42,417 nucleotides of DNA from a virus: UHGV virus genome UHGV-0385671; one strand, written 5' to 3'. The notes below the pieces were generated by a model. That model was given only the letters and a program-made list of their open reading frames with translations. It was not told the DNA's origin and searched no databases. Numbering within the stretch: position 1 is the first letter of the stretch; the number at the start of each line of letters is the position of its first letter. Made by a program: the position numbers and the translations under genes. Below are positions 26,783-37,034 of this stretch, piece by piece.

Positions 26783-28760
26783 AACTATTAAAGATTTCCT
26801 CGTCTCGCTTGGCTTCAGTGTGGATGATGCAGGAGCGAAAAAGTTCGGTTCTGTCCTCGCCGGTACAACTGTAAATGTCATCAAAATGGGGCTGGCCGTT
26901 GAAGGAACTGCACTGTCCGTGGTGGCCTTCACGGCTAAGATCGCCTCCGGTCTGGATAATCTTTACTGGGCGTCACAGCGCACCGGCGCGACGGTCCATG
27001 GAATTCAGTCTATTGGCTATGCGGTTTCGCAGGTTGGCGGCAGTGTGGACGCTGCGCGATCTTCTCTGGAAAGCCTCTCCCGGTTTATTCGTAACAATCC
27101 CGGGGCGGAAGGCTTCCTGAATCGCCTTGGTGTACAGACCCGTGACGCCAGCGGTAACATGCGCGACATGGCCGCTATCTTTACGGGCGTCGGCCAGAAG
27201 CTCAGCAGCATGCCGTATTACCGGGCTAACCAGTATGCGCAGATGCTGGGCATTGACGAAAATACCCTCATGGCGATGCGCCGGGGTGTCGGCGGTTTCT
27301 CCGGGCAGTACAGCGCAATGGCGAAGGCTATCGGCTTCAATGCTGACGAGGCGGCCAGAAGTTCCAACAAATTCATGACCTCACTGCGCGAGTTCGGCGC
27401 GATGGCAGGCATGGCCCGTGACAAAATCGGCTCTAATCTTGCGGGTGGGCTTGCGGGTTCGCTGGACACCCTGCGCCGCCATATCCTGGACAACTTCCCT
27501 CGTATCGAGCAGACCCTGACGAAAGCCATAAAAGGCATTCTGGCGCTCGGGGATATTATCGGGCGGCTGTTCTTCAGACTGATTGAAGGAACATCAAGCC
27601 TCATCACCTGGTGGCAATCGCTGGATAAGCAAACGCGGGAGCTCATCTCGCTGTTTGGCGCGCTGACGATTGCGCTGCGCATTCTGAACAGTACGTTCTG
27701 GATGTCGCCGATTGGCCTCATTACCGCGCTGGCGGCGGGGATTGCCCTCCTGTGGGAGGACTATCAGACCTGGAAGGAAGGCGGCGATAGCTTGATTGAC
27801 TGGGGCAAGTGGAAGCCGGAAGTCGACGCCGCGCTGAAGATGGTTCGTGACCTTAAAACGACCGTTAACGACCTGGTGAAAGCGCTGGCGAAACTGCTCA
27901 ATATTGACCCTAAATCATGGTCCCTGAAGTGGGATTTCAGCAACTTCATCGACCAGATGGGCGAATTCAGCAAAATGCTGAACATGATCGCCGACCTGCT
28001 CAACTCTATCAAAGATGGCCGCTGGGCTGATGCCGTCAGCATCGGCAAACAGATACTTAATCAGGGCAGCGAAAATCCGTCAGTGATGCCGATGGTTACA
28101 GACAGCGCTAACAGTACTGCAGACTGGATTAAAGAGCACTGGGGATTCGATCCCCGCAGCGTGGGCCGGACGGTACGCGGCTGGTTTGGTGATGATGAGC
28201 CGGAACAATATGCACAGGCTACGAAACGAGGGGAACGGAATAACAATCCGGGAAACCTTAATTTTGCTGGTCAGGCAGGGGCTTCTCTTGAACGCCCGGG
28301 CGGGCGATTTGCCAGATTTGAAACTGCTTTTGATGGATTACGGGCTCTTGCTCGTCAGTTAATGCTGTACGCCGGACGGGGAATAAACAGTGTGGAGAAA
28401 ATTATCTCTACCTGGGCACCTGCGTCTGATAATAACAACACAACTGCGTATATCAGGGCTGTATCGCAACGACTGGGAGTGGATCCCCGGGCTGCCCTGA
28501 ATATGAGCGATCCGCAAACCATGTCAGCATTGATGAGCAGCATTATCCAGCATGAAAATGGAAGAAATATCTATTCTCGAGAGCTGATTAATAAGGCTGC
28601 CGTGGCGGGAATTAGTGGCAAAATGACAGAGGTTAACCAGCAAAATACTTACCACATTTATGGTGGCGGAGATCCGCACGCTGTCGGTAATGAGGTTGCA
28701 CGTCGGCAACAGTCTGCAAATGCTCAGGTCATGCGAAGTAATCAGGTGAGGGTGGGTTAG
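26772..28760 (+). CDS. Tail tape measure protein
   Basis: 662 aa, low-complexity helical N-terminal half; GGAGAGAGG SD upstream of ATG 26772. Confidence 0.8.
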   Translation: MNAETIKDFLVSLGFSVDDAGAKKFGSVLAGTTVNVIKMGLAVEGTALSVVAFTAKIASGLDNLYWASQRTGATVHGIQSIGYAVSQVGGSVDAARSSLESLSRFIRNNPGAEGFLNRLGVQTRDASGNMRDMAAIFTGVGQKLSSMPYYRANQYAQMLGIDENTLMAMRRGVGGFSGQYSAMAKAIGFNADEAARSSNKFMTSLREFGAMAGMARDKIGSNLAGGLAGSLDTLRRHILDNFPRIEQTLTKAIKGILALGDIIGRLFFRLIEGTSSLITWWQSLDKQTRELISLFGALTIALRILNSTFWMSPIGLITALAAGIALLWEDYQTWKEGGDSLIDWGKWKPEVDAALKMVRDLKTTVNDLVKALAKLLNIDPKSWSLKWDFSNFIDQMGEFSKMLNMIADLLNSIKDGRWADAVSIGKQILNQGSENPSVMPMVTDSANSTADWIKEHWGFDPRSVGRTVRGWFGDDEPEQYAQATKRGERNNNPGNLNFAGQAGASLERPGGRFARFETAFDGLRALARQLMLYAGRGINSVEKIISTWAPASDNNNTTAYIRAVSQRLGVDPRAALNMSDPQTMSALMSSIIQHENGRNIYSRELINKAAVAGISGKMTEVNQQNTYHIYGGGDPHAVGNEVARRQQSANAQVMRSNQVRVG

Positions 28761-29347
28761 TGGATATTATCTCTACACTTTTTCATCAGCAGAGCAGAAA
28801 AATAGGAATGATTGTTCCCAGTGTTGTTATTTCAGAGAAGCATACAGATATGCTTGAAATAACAGAGCATCCGGTAGAGGTCGGGGCTGCTGTCGCTGAT
28901 CATGCCTATAAAAAACCGTCAGAAGTGGTGATGGAGGTTGGTTTCGCCGGTGGCGGCGCATTGCTGGATTTTGCCAGTAACCTGACGGCTACCAGCCTGC
29001 TCGGCCTGAGTCCTCAGCAGACGTATCAGGAGCTACTGGATCTGCAGGAAAGCCGTATCCCCTTCGATGTGGTAACCGGTAAACGGCTGTACAGCAACAT
29101 GTTGATCCGGGCGCTGGAAGTGACGACGGACAAGACAACCGAAAACGTCCTGTCCGCCGTCCTCACCCTGAGGGAGGTCCTTATCTCCCGGACACAGCAG
29201 ATCACCGTCGCGGATAAAACCAACATGAAGGAAGGGGCCAGCACGTCGGCGGTACAGAACAGCGGCAACAAAACCACAAAGCCTCCAGATACTTCACTGC
29301 TGAAAAGCATCACGGGTAACGTGGCGTCATTACTGGGGGGCGGTTGA
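28760..29347 (+). CDS. Putative tail/baseplate protein (GTG start coupled to tape measure stop)
   Basis: 195-aa ORF; TAGTG overlap. Confidence 0.5.
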   Translation: MDIISTLFHQQSRKIGMIVPSVVISEKHTDMLEITEHPVEVGAAVADHAYKKPSEVVMEVGFAGGGALLDFASNLTATSLLGLSPQQTYQELLDLQESRIPFDVVTGKRLYSNMLIRALEVTTDKTTENVLSAVLTLREVLISRTQQITVADKTNMKEGASTSAVQNSGNKTTKPPDTSLLKSITGNVASLLGGG

Positions 29348-29649
29348 TGACAATTCAGGAAATTCCGCTGACAGCGGATAACCAGCAGTTCAGTATCGTC
29401 CTGAGCGGTGTCACCTGGCGGATTAACATCATATGGCGCGATCTTTACTGGATTATGGACCTGCAGAACGACAGAGGGGAGCCGGTAATCTCCGGTATTC
29501 CTCTCGTCACCGGTGCTGACCTGCTGGCGCAGTACGCCTGTATGGGGCTTGGTTTTAAGATGGTGGTGGTCTGCGATGACAATACACAGGATTATCCCAC
29601 GAAAACTGACCTGGGCGGCCGCAGTCATTTACTGGTATCAACGGAGTAA
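29347..29649 (+). CDS. Putative tail/baseplate protein
   Basis: ATG 29347 overlaps upstream stop (TGATG); about 100 aa. Confidence 0.5.
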   Translation: MTIQEIPLTADNQQFSIVLSGVTWRINIIWRDLYWIMDLQNDRGEPVISGIPLVTGADLLAQYACMGLGFKMVVVCDDNTQDYPTKTDLGGRSHLLVSTE

Positions 29650-29651
29650 GC

Positions 29652-30719
29652 ATGTCACAAAACTGGATGAGACATTTCGAGCTGCAGCTTGTGGATGGGA
29701 ACGGTCAGGGAATTGAGCTAAGTGATTTCAAAGTCACCTTTACGATCGACTGGTTCAACATCAGCAGCGCGTCCCGGGTAGGGACTATCAAAATTTATAA
29801 CCTCTCGGCAGATACTGTGAACCGAATTACCGGGCAGGAGTTTTCGAAAGTGCGTCTGATGGCGGGTTACGACGGTATCGCGCCGGAGGTGTCGGCAAGC
29901 GACGTAGTGACCGTGCGGGAGGTTGATGCGGCGGACGTGGGCCAGAGTGATGGCCGCAACTACGGACTGATTTTCAGCGGTGAAATTCGCTACTCGGTCA
30001 CAGGAAAAGACAGTCCGGTTGATTCCTACGTCCTGATTCAGGCAGCCGATACAGATCTGGCTTTTGCCACCAGTATAACCTCACAGACGCTGGCTGCCGG
30101 TTACACAGTCGCGGATGTGAACCGTGCGCTGATGAAAGACTTCGAAGCCAAAGGCGCGACCGAAGGCCTGACGCCTGAAATGCCTGCTACTGTATTCCCC
30201 CGAGGGCGGGTACTCTTTGGCATGACGCGGCATCTTATGGATAATGTAGCCGGGCAATGTGGCGCAACATGGCAATTCGTGGACGGTCAGCGCCAGATGG
30301 TGGCGAATAACGAATATGTTCACGAAGCGATTGTGCTCAACAGTGCTACCGGGCTTATTGGCATGCCGCAGCAGACTATCGGTAACGGCGTAAACGTCCG
30401 CGCGCTTATTAATCCGAACATCCGGGTTAACGGGCTCATTCAGCTGGATCAGGCTTCCGTGTATCGTATCGCGCTGTCGAACAACGATATCGCGATGGCC
30501 GGTGGGCAGATCACCGACCAGAACACGGACGGAAATATCACGCTAAGCGGCACCACATCGCAGCCTGCCAGCATCGCAACGGATGGCGTTTATATTGTGC
30601 GCGGGATTATGTACACTGGCGACACAAGGGGGCAGGCGTGGTACATGGATATGATGTGTGAAGCACGTGGCGCGGCTGATCTACTTTCGTCCTCAGCGCA
30701 GCAAAGGATTTATTCATGA
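29652..30719 (+). CDS. Putative baseplate hub-like protein
   Basis: 355 aa; GGAG SD; position between tape measure and spike. Confidence 0.5.
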   Translation: MSQNWMRHFELQLVDGNGQGIELSDFKVTFTIDWFNISSASRVGTIKIYNLSADTVNRITGQEFSKVRLMAGYDGIAPEVSASDVVTVREVDAADVGQSDGRNYGLIFSGEIRYSVTGKDSPVDSYVLIQAADTDLAFATSITSQTLAAGYTVADVNRALMKDFEAKGATEGLTPEMPATVFPRGRVLFGMTRHLMDNVAGQCGATWQFVDGQRQMVANNEYVHEAIVLNSATGLIGMPQQTIGNGVNVRALINPNIRVNGLIQLDQASVYRIALSNNDIAMAGGQITDQNTDGNITLSGTTSQPASIATDGVYIVRGIMYTGDTRGQAWYMDMMCEARGAADLLSSSAQQRIYS

Positions 30720-31063
30720 AGCGTATGAAGTTAGTTTTGACAATTTCGTTATTATTTTCTTGTTCAGCAGCTTTTGCTGATTTGCAATGCGGCGGATATC
30801 TACTTCATGCAGCTGATAACGGTTGGACAAAAATCAACGGTGAACAGGTAACATCACAGAAGATTACGTTTCTTGGTAAGAAAGATGACTGGGACAACGT
30901 TAAAACTAACATGGGCCTGATGCCTTCTCGCGATGGCAACAATTACGGCTTTGAGTTTGTGAAGCGTAACGGAAAAGCTTTCCTGAACGTCCAGCTTCTG
31001 CAGAACAGCATGGATGCGCCTAAAATCATCGGATCATTCCCTTGTAAAAAGGCGTTACGCTAA
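30716..31063 (+). CDS. Secreted small protein (115 aa) inserted in the baseplate module and translationally coupled to the hub gene
   Basis: ATGA overlap with upstream stop; AAGGA SD; signal peptide MKRMKLVLTISLLFSCSAAFA with AFA cleavage motif; AT-rich by eye. Confidence 0.6.
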   Translation: MKRMKLVLTISLLFSCSAAFADLQCGGYLLHAADNGWTKINGEQVTSQKITFLGKKDDWDNVKTNMGLMPSRDGNNYGFEFVKRNGKAFLNVQLLQNSMDAPKIIGSFPCKKALR

Positions 31064-31158
31064 AGTTTGATGTCAATCTTCCGAGATGAGCGCTTTAAGG
31101 TTGACGAGATATTGTTCAAAGTTCACAATCACAATCCCTTTAGTAAGAGAAATAATCC

Positions 31159-31932
31159 ATGGCGGCAGGCATCCCATTAGAAAAAGCGCAAAAATATATT
31201 GAACAATTCAATGCGCTTCTATTGGATAGGGAAAGTTTAGATCCCTTCACTGAAAAGAAAATTCGAGAGGAACTTTCTGTCTCTCCAACGCCTGCTACCA
31301 ACATTGCACTATCTTATCTGGATGCAATAACCGGAAAGATTGAAAGCGCGTTACGTTATCTCAGGATAAGCCTAGAAGTAAACGATGTAACGTTGGCAAT
31401 GCACTATCATCACATTTTAATTAATACATTTAGCTATAATGAACTCAAGGATGTCTATGTCCCGCTGGCAAAGAAGTATCGGACAAAACTCTTTAGTCAC
31501 AACGCATACAGTTGGGCGTACCGTTGCGGCGAGCGTGAACAGTTAAAATTTTATATGGAAGAGCACATTAAGCTTCTTTCTGAATCAGAAGGCAGGAGTA
31601 ATGCTATGAAGCACAAAGAAGAACTCCTTGCAGAAATGGATAATTTCTATAGCGCCACACAGTGCTCGAAGGAACAGTTCCAGACCTTAGCATCCATAAT
31701 CTGGGGCTTGCTAAGTGAATACAAGGCTACGACAGGTTTCGTTCAGCTTAGTGGAAGCGGTTGCTATGTTGTTGATATTAAAAATCTTGAGCCTAAAACT
31801 ATTGCCAAAATGAACTTCGACTTGGCTGATAGAGTCTGCGCTGAATCTAAACTGGATGATTGTTCCCTGTTAGCTAGATTTACCTCTCCGCGTCAGTTGC
31901 ATACGGGGGTGAGCTACCATGTCGGTAACTAG
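31159..31932 (+). CDS. Hypothetical helical protein (257 aa), first gene of a two-gene AT-rich insert
   Basis: ORF overlapping the next gene by 14 nt; no recognised motif. Confidence 0.5.
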   Translation: MAAGIPLEKAQKYIEQFNALLLDRESLDPFTEKKIREELSVSPTPATNIALSYLDAITGKIESALRYLRISLEVNDVTLAMHYHHILINTFSYNELKDVYVPLAKKYRTKLFSHNAYSWAYRCGEREQLKFYMEEHIKLLSESEGRSNAMKHKEELLAEMDNFYSATQCSKEQFQTLASIIWGLLSEYKATTGFVQLSGSGCYVVDIKNLEPKTIAKMNFDLADRVCAESKLDDCSLLARFTSPRQLHTGVSYHVGN

Positions 31933-32314
31933 CAATCAGATTCTCGATACCGCTCGATTATGTCTGTCTGAAAATATTGAGAGTGGATTTCGAAGCGCTA
32001 TCTCAAGGGCGTATTACAGTATGTTACATGAGTCTATTAGCTCACTTACTGCCATACCGCATTTTACCCATGAGCATCACAAAAATACTGTGGGTTATAT
32101 GTCAACGCCCTCAGAGTGCAAATCAGAGCCATACCCGACAAATACACTGAAATCCCTAGCTTTCGTACTTCGCCAGTGGCGGGATGCTAGAAATGAAGCT
32201 GACTATGATCTGACGAATGTGACTGTTTCGAAAGAGATGGGACAGGATGCAATCGAGGCTGCTGAACTCTATTTTGAGCGCTGGGAACAGCTAAAGTCTG
32301 CTAGAGTTTCATGA
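31919..32314 (+). CDS. HEPN-like protein (131 aa), tentative
   Basis: Helix motif SRAYYSMLHESI and C-terminal R-N-x-x-D-Y (ARNEADYD) resemble HEPN-family signatures from memory; followed by a strong terminator. Confidence 0.45.
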   Translation: MSVTSNQILDTARLCLSENIESGFRSAISRAYYSMLHESISSLTAIPHFTHEHHKNTVGYMSTPSECKSEPYPTNTLKSLAFVLRQWRDARNEADYDLTNVTVSKEMGQDAIEAAELYFERWEQLKSARVS

Positions 32315-32331
32315 ATAAAATTAACGTTATC

Positions 32332-32354
32332 AAACCCGCTTCGGCGGGTTTTTT
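32332..32354 (+). terminator. Intrinsic terminator closing the baseplate insert
   Basis: AAACCCGC-TTCG-GCGGGTTT hairpin followed by TTTTTT. Confidence 0.8.
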
Positions 32355-32373
32355 GCTTTCTGGAGCCTACTAA

Positions 32374-33126
32374 ATGGCAGTATCTGACCAGACCCGCAGC
32401 GGCGACCTTGCCGAAACATTCAAATCTGAACGGGAAACAACAAAGAACCAGATCCGTGTCGCCTTGCCTGGCATTATTCAGTCATTCGATCCTGATGCGG
32501 TGACGGCAGTTGTGCAGCCTGCTATCCGTTCGGTTGAAAAGGATAATGACGGCAACCGCATTACCAAAAATTACCCATTGCTGGTGGATGTGCCAGTGGT
32601 ATTCCCGCGCGGCGGAGGATGTACGCTAACGTTCCCAGTTAAAGCCGGTGATGAATGTTTGGTGATTTTTGCCGATCGTTGTATTGATTTCTGGTGGCAG
32701 AGTGGCGGGATACAGGAGTCGGTCGATGACAGAATGCATGATTTATCGGATGCGTTTTGTATTGTCGGTCCCCAGTCGCAGGCAAGGAAGATTAGCGGTA
32801 TTAATACCAGTGCCACACAGTTGCGTAGTGATGACGGCAGCACCTATTTTGAGCTTAATCCTGATATCAGGAAAATTAAAATTGTCGCTCCAGGTGGTCT
32901 TGATGTGGTTGCCCCTCTGGCTGATTTTTCTGAGAAAGTAACCATTCATGGCCTGTTAACCTGGATGGGGGGTATGGTGGGATCTGTGGTTTCTGGTGTG
33001 GCTTCAAAAATCACTGGTGCTGTTGAGTTTTTGGGGAGCGTGAAGGCTAATGGCAAGCCAATCGATGATACACACACTCATGGTGGTGTTCAGCGTGGTG
33101 GAAGCAGTACCGACGGGGTAAACTGA
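32374..33126 (+). CDS. Baseplate central spike protein (gpV / Mu gp45-like)
   Basis: TGGAG SD; 250 aa; C-terminal HTHGG; position before W-like and J-like genes. Confidence 0.6.
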   Translation: MAVSDQTRSGDLAETFKSERETTKNQIRVALPGIIQSFDPDAVTAVVQPAIRSVEKDNDGNRITKNYPLLVDVPVVFPRGGGCTLTFPVKAGDECLVIFADRCIDFWWQSGGIQESVDDRMHDLSDAFCIVGPQSQARKISGINTSATQLRSDDGSTYFELNPDIRKIKIVAPGGLDVVAPLADFSEKVTIHGLLTWMGGMVGSVVSGVASKITGAVEFLGSVKANGKPIDDTHTHGGVQRGGSSTDGVN

Positions 33127-33479
33127 TGCGATACAGACGTGAAGACGCCGATGGCGATTACACCTTTGGCAGCGGTGATGACACCTGGCTGATTAACTCG
33201 CCTGAGGCCGTAGCGCAGGCTGTGAAAACGCGATTCGAATTGTGGTATGGGCAATGGTTTCTTGATACCACAGAGGGAACACCGTGGATCCAGTCCGTGC
33301 TGGGCAGGCAAAAACCAGAAACTTACAACCTGGCGATCAGAAAACGCATTCTGGAAACGCAGGGCGTTAAATCAATCCTCTCTTTCAATACGACGGTGGA
33401 TACCACGACCCGACGTGTCATGTTTTCCGCTGAAATCGACACTCTCTATGGAATAACGACTGTTACATCGGAGGCGTAA
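33126..33479 (+). CDS. Baseplate protein (W / Mu gp46-like)
   Basis: ATGA overlap; 117 aa; position. Confidence 0.5.
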   Translation: MRYRREDADGDYTFGSGDDTWLINSPEAVAQAVKTRFELWYGQWFLDTTEGTPWIQSVLGRQKPETYNLAIRKRILETQGVKSILSFNTTVDTTTRRVMFSAEIDTLYGITTVTSEA

Positions 33480-34678
33480 TGGCTCTGAACCTTGATTCTC
33501 TCGGTTTATCTGCAAAGGTAACCGCGGAGGGGATCAGTGCGCCTGATTATCAGACGATACTCAGCACCCTGATTAGCTATTTTCAGCAGATTTATGGTAG
33601 TGATGCCTACCTCGAACCGGACAGTAAAGACGGTCAGATGGTGGCTCTGATGGCGCTGGCGATTCATGATGCCAATAATACTGCGATAACTGTCTACAAC
33701 TGTTTTTCACCGGCAACCGGCTATGGGGTTGCACTGACCAGTAACGTGAAAATAAATGGTATTTCACGTAAAGGCGCGACGAATTCTACGGTTGATTTGC
33801 TTCTTACAGGAACTGCCGGAACAACCATCATTAATGGCAGCGTGAAAGACAGTAATAATGTGATATGGCGTTTGCCTGCTTCAGTGGTGGTCGGCGTGGA
33901 TGGTACAGTGATGGTGACCGCAACATGTTCCGTCAGTGGTGCAGTGGCGGCGCTGGCTGGAACTATCACTGAAATTAATACGCCAACCCGTGGCTGGGTT
34001 TCGGTAACCAATCCTGCTGCAGCTACTGTGGGCACTCCGGCAGAAACTGACGCGGAGTTACGTATCCGCCAGTCGCAGAGTGTTGCGTTGCCATCAATAA
34101 CCCCATTTGAAGCACTGGATGGTGCTGTTTCTAATGTTACCGGTGTAACCCGCCACAAACTCTATGAAAACGATACTGGTTCGGAGGACGGTAACGGGTT
34201 ACCGCCACACTCTGTTGCTGTAATTGTGGATGGCGGTGATGTGACGGATATTGCTCAGGCTATCAGAGGGAATAAAGGCCAGGGGATAGCCACTCACGGT
34301 ACAACATCCGTTACGGTTCCGGATAAATACGGCAATCCCCATGTAATCAAGTTCTCGCGTTCCAGTAATGTACCTGTTTATGCCCGGATCAAATTAAAAG
34401 TTTTTACGGGTTATACCTCACAGATAGGGCAGCAGATCCAGCAGGCTATTTCCGACTATATCAATAGTCTGACGATTGGTGATTCGGTCCTTTTAAGTCG
34501 CATTTACTCACCGGCGAATCTTGGCGTGGTGAGTGGCGGGAATGCACGCTATTACGATATTCAGGAACTGACGATTGGGAAATCCCCGGGGGCTTTGTCG
34601 TCATCAAACATTGATATCAGATACAACGAATCTGCGTCCTGTACCCCGGGAAATATCGTTATAACGGTGGAGTCATGA
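33479..34678 (+). CDS. Baseplate J-like protein
   Basis: 399 aa; overlaps neighbours; position before the tail fibre genes. Confidence 0.55.
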   Translation: MALNLDSLGLSAKVTAEGISAPDYQTILSTLISYFQQIYGSDAYLEPDSKDGQMVALMALAIHDANNTAITVYNCFSPATGYGVALTSNVKINGISRKGATNSTVDLLLTGTAGTTIINGSVKDSNNVIWRLPASVVVGVDGTVMVTATCSVSGAVAALAGTITEINTPTRGWVSVTNPAAATVGTPAETDAELRIRQSQSVALPSITPFEALDGAVSNVTGVTRHKLYENDTGSEDGNGLPPHSVAVIVDGGDVTDIAQAIRGNKGQGIATHGTTSVTVPDKYGNPHVIKFSRSSNVPVYARIKLKVFTGYTSQIGQQIQQAISDYINSLTIGDSVLLSRIYSPANLGVVSGGNARYYDIQELTIGKSPGALSSSNIDIRYNESASCTPGNIVITVES

Positions 34679-35355
34679 GCAAATACACCGAACTAATCAC
34701 GAACTACCACGCCACCAAACCTAAATTTCTTGCACATGTTGATCTGATGACCCGGCCGCTTATTGATGTTGCGGCTGCGACCAGAGGGCTGATTACTGCA
34801 TTTGATATTGACTCTGCGGTTGGTGTGCAACTTGACATTCTGGGATTGTGGATCGGACGTAGCCGTGTTGTCAGCCAGCCTATCTCAGGTGTCTATTTCA
34901 GCTGGGATACCGACGGGCTTGGATATGATCAGGGTGTATGGCAGGGACCATACGATCCTGATTCAGGATACATGTATCTCAGCGATGAAACTTATCGTGT
35001 CATTCTTAAAGCGAAGATTGCGATTAATAACTGGGACGGACGGAATGATTCGCTTCCGGCAATTCTTGACGCGGCAACAGCAGGATCCGGGGTACGAATG
35101 CAGATAGTCGATAACCAGGACATGACGATATCGGTCTGGGTCTTTCCTGATACTGATATTTCAGATGTATCGCATGAGTTAATTGCGGCAATTAAACAGG
35201 GGTATCTCACAGTAAAAGCCGCCGGGGTATGGGCGGGTGGCATTGAAACACCTTCGGTGGAAACCCCATCGGAAGGTTCAAAATTTTTTGGTTTTGATAT
35301 GGATAACGAATTCATCAGTGGTTTTGATGTAGGGGCATGGGGAGTATTACTCTGA
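34675..35355 (+). CDS. Tail protein, YmfQ/DUF2313-like (Mu gp48-like)
   Basis: 226 aa; ATGA overlaps; position. Confidence 0.55.
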   Translation: MSKYTELITNYHATKPKFLAHVDLMTRPLIDVAAATRGLITAFDIDSAVGVQLDILGLWIGRSRVVSQPISGVYFSWDTDGLGYDQGVWQGPYDPDSGYMYLSDETYRVILKAKIAINNWDGRNDSLPAILDAATAGSGVRMQIVDNQDMTISVWVFPDTDISDVSHELIAAIKQGYLTVKAAGVWAGGIETPSVETPSEGSKFFGFDMDNEFISGFDVGAWGVLL

Positions 35356-36452
35356 TGGCAAAAAATGACTTTAAAGCATTCGCAACGGGTAAAAATGCCA
35401 ATGTTATGTCGCAGGAGGAATGGGAAGCGTTGCCTGCGCTTTTATCCGGATTTACAGCAGGGAAAGCATCCAGTGCGCAAGTCAATAAGGTTATTCGACA
35501 GGCCAGCTTTATTGCATCTGCAATGGCACAATATACAGCAAATGAAAGTGGACTGGATGTACAGGACGATGGCGATCAGGCCGGCTTTATCGCAAAAATG
35601 TCGTCTGCATTAGATAAGAACTATCAGAGAATTAATGCCATACTTACCGCACTTGCTAATCTTTCAGCATCCGAAAACAAATTACCGTATTTTACCAATC
35701 AAGATACCGCTAATTTGGCTGACCTGACACAGGTTGGGCGAGATATTTTGGCAAAAAGCTCTGTTGCTGATGTCCTTAAATATCTTGGTTTGGAAAATAA
35801 TTCGACCTTTCCTGTAGGTGCCCCGATCCCGTGGCCATCAGATACAGTTCCATCTGGTTATGCTCTGATGCAGGGACAGACTTTTGACAAGTCTGCATAC
35901 CCGAAACTTGCAGCCGCTTATCCGTCAGGCGTGATCCCTGATATGCGTGGCTGGACGATTAAGGGCAAGCCCGCCAGTGGTCGTGCCGTATTGTCTCAGG
36001 AACAGGACGGCATTAAATCGCACACCCACAGCGCCAGTGCTTCAGATACAGATTTAGGGACAAAAAACACATCATCGTTTGATTATGGAACTAAATCTAC
36101 GAATAACACTGGTGCGCATACCCATAGCGTTAGCGGAACAGCAGCTTCAGCAGGTGCACATACGCATCCGATATCTCAGGGGGATAATGCTAACGTTAGC
36201 TCCGGTAGAGTAGCTTCGTCGAACTCTGCTCAAACTCACTTAGGTGCAACGAATTCTGCTGGCGCGCATACCCACTCAGTATCAGGTACCGCAGCAAGTG
36301 CTGGGGCGCATACACATACTGTCGCTATTGGTGCACATACGCACTTTGTTGCGATTGGTTCACATGGACACACCATCACCGTTAACGCTGCTGGTAACGC
36401 GGAAAACACCGTCAAAAACATCGCATTTAACTATATTGTGAGGCTTGCATAA
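35355..36452 (+). CDS. Tail fibre protein with C-terminal His-x-His repeat tip (StfE-like)
   Basis: GGGGAG SD 9 nt upstream of ATG 35355; six HxH motifs (GAHTHS x4, GAHTHF, GSHGHT); followed by tfa. Confidence 0.75.
   Translation: MAKNDFKAFATGKNANVMSQEEWEALPALLSGFTAGKASSAQVNKVIRQASFIASAMAQYTANESGLDVQDDGDQAGFIAKMSSALDKNYQRINAILTALANLSASENKLPYFTNQDTANLADLTQVGRDILAKSSVADVLKYLGLENNSTFPVGAPIPWPSDTVPSGYALMQGQTFDKSAYPKLAAAYPSGVIPDMRGWTIKGKPASGRAVLSQEQDGIKSHTHSASASDTDLGTKNTSSFDYGTKSTNNTGAHTHSVSGTAASAGAHTHPISQGDNANVSSGRVASSNSAQTHLGATNSAGAHTHSVSGTAASAGAHTHTVAIGAHTHFVAIGSHGHTITVNAAGNAENTVKNIAFNYIVRLA
36111..36317 (+). repeat. Two copies of a 19-codon segment encoding identical [19 protein letters not shown] with 13 of 19 codons synonymously different
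   Basis: Copy 1 at 36111..36167, copy 2 at 36261..36317; includes AGC/TCA serine codon-family switches. Confidence 0.7.
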
Positions 36453-37024
36453 TGGCATTCAGAATGAGTGAACAATCACGGACCATAAAAATTTATAATC
36501 TGCTGTCCGGAACTAATGAATTTATTGGTGAAGGTGATGCATATATTCCACCCCATACAGGGCTGCCTGCAAACAGTACCGATATTGCACCGCCAGATAT
36601 TCCGGCTGGCTTCGTGGCTGTTTTCAACAGTGATGAGGCATTGTGGCATCTCGTTGAAGACCATCGGGGAAAAACCGTCTATGACGTGGCTTCCGGCGAC
36701 GCGTTATTTATTTCTGAACTTGGCCCATTACCGGAAAACGTCACCTGGTTGTCGCCGGATGGGGAGTTTCAGAAGTGGAACGGCACAGCCTGGGTGAAAG
36801 ATGCAGAAGGAGAAAAACTGTTCCGGATCCGGGAGGCGGAAGAGAAAAAGGCAAGATTAATCCAGGAAGCGACTGATAACATAACAATTCTGCAGGATGC
36901 TGTTAATTTTGAAATGGCAACTGATGAGGAAGTATCGATGCTATCTTCCTGGAAAAAATACCGGGTATTAGTGAGTCGGATTGATATAAATACAGCTCCG
37001 GATATTGTATGGCCAGAGCTGTGA
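36452..37024 (+). CDS. tfa: Tail fibre assembly protein (Tfa; e14 TfaE-like)
   Basis: N-terminus [61 protein letters not shown] matches my recollection of E. coli e14 TfaE. Confidence 0.85.
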   Translation: MAFRMSEQSRTIKIYNLLSGTNEFIGEGDAYIPPHTGLPANSTDIAPPDIPAGFVAVFNSDEALWHLVEDHRGKTVYDVASGDALFISELGPLPENVTWLSPDGEFQKWNGTAWVKDAEGEKLFRIREAEEKKARLIQEATDNITILQDAVNFEMATDEEVSMLSSWKKYRVLVSRIDINTAPDIVWPEL

Positions 37025-37034
37025 TTAAACGGAA

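Noticed and set aside
33573-35315. Minus-strand ORFs (33573..33767, 33721..34158, 34992..35315) and plus-strand 34802..35107 inside baseplate genes
   Set aside because: Antisense or alternative-frame ORFs inside an uninterrupted, translationally coupled plus-strand structural operon.
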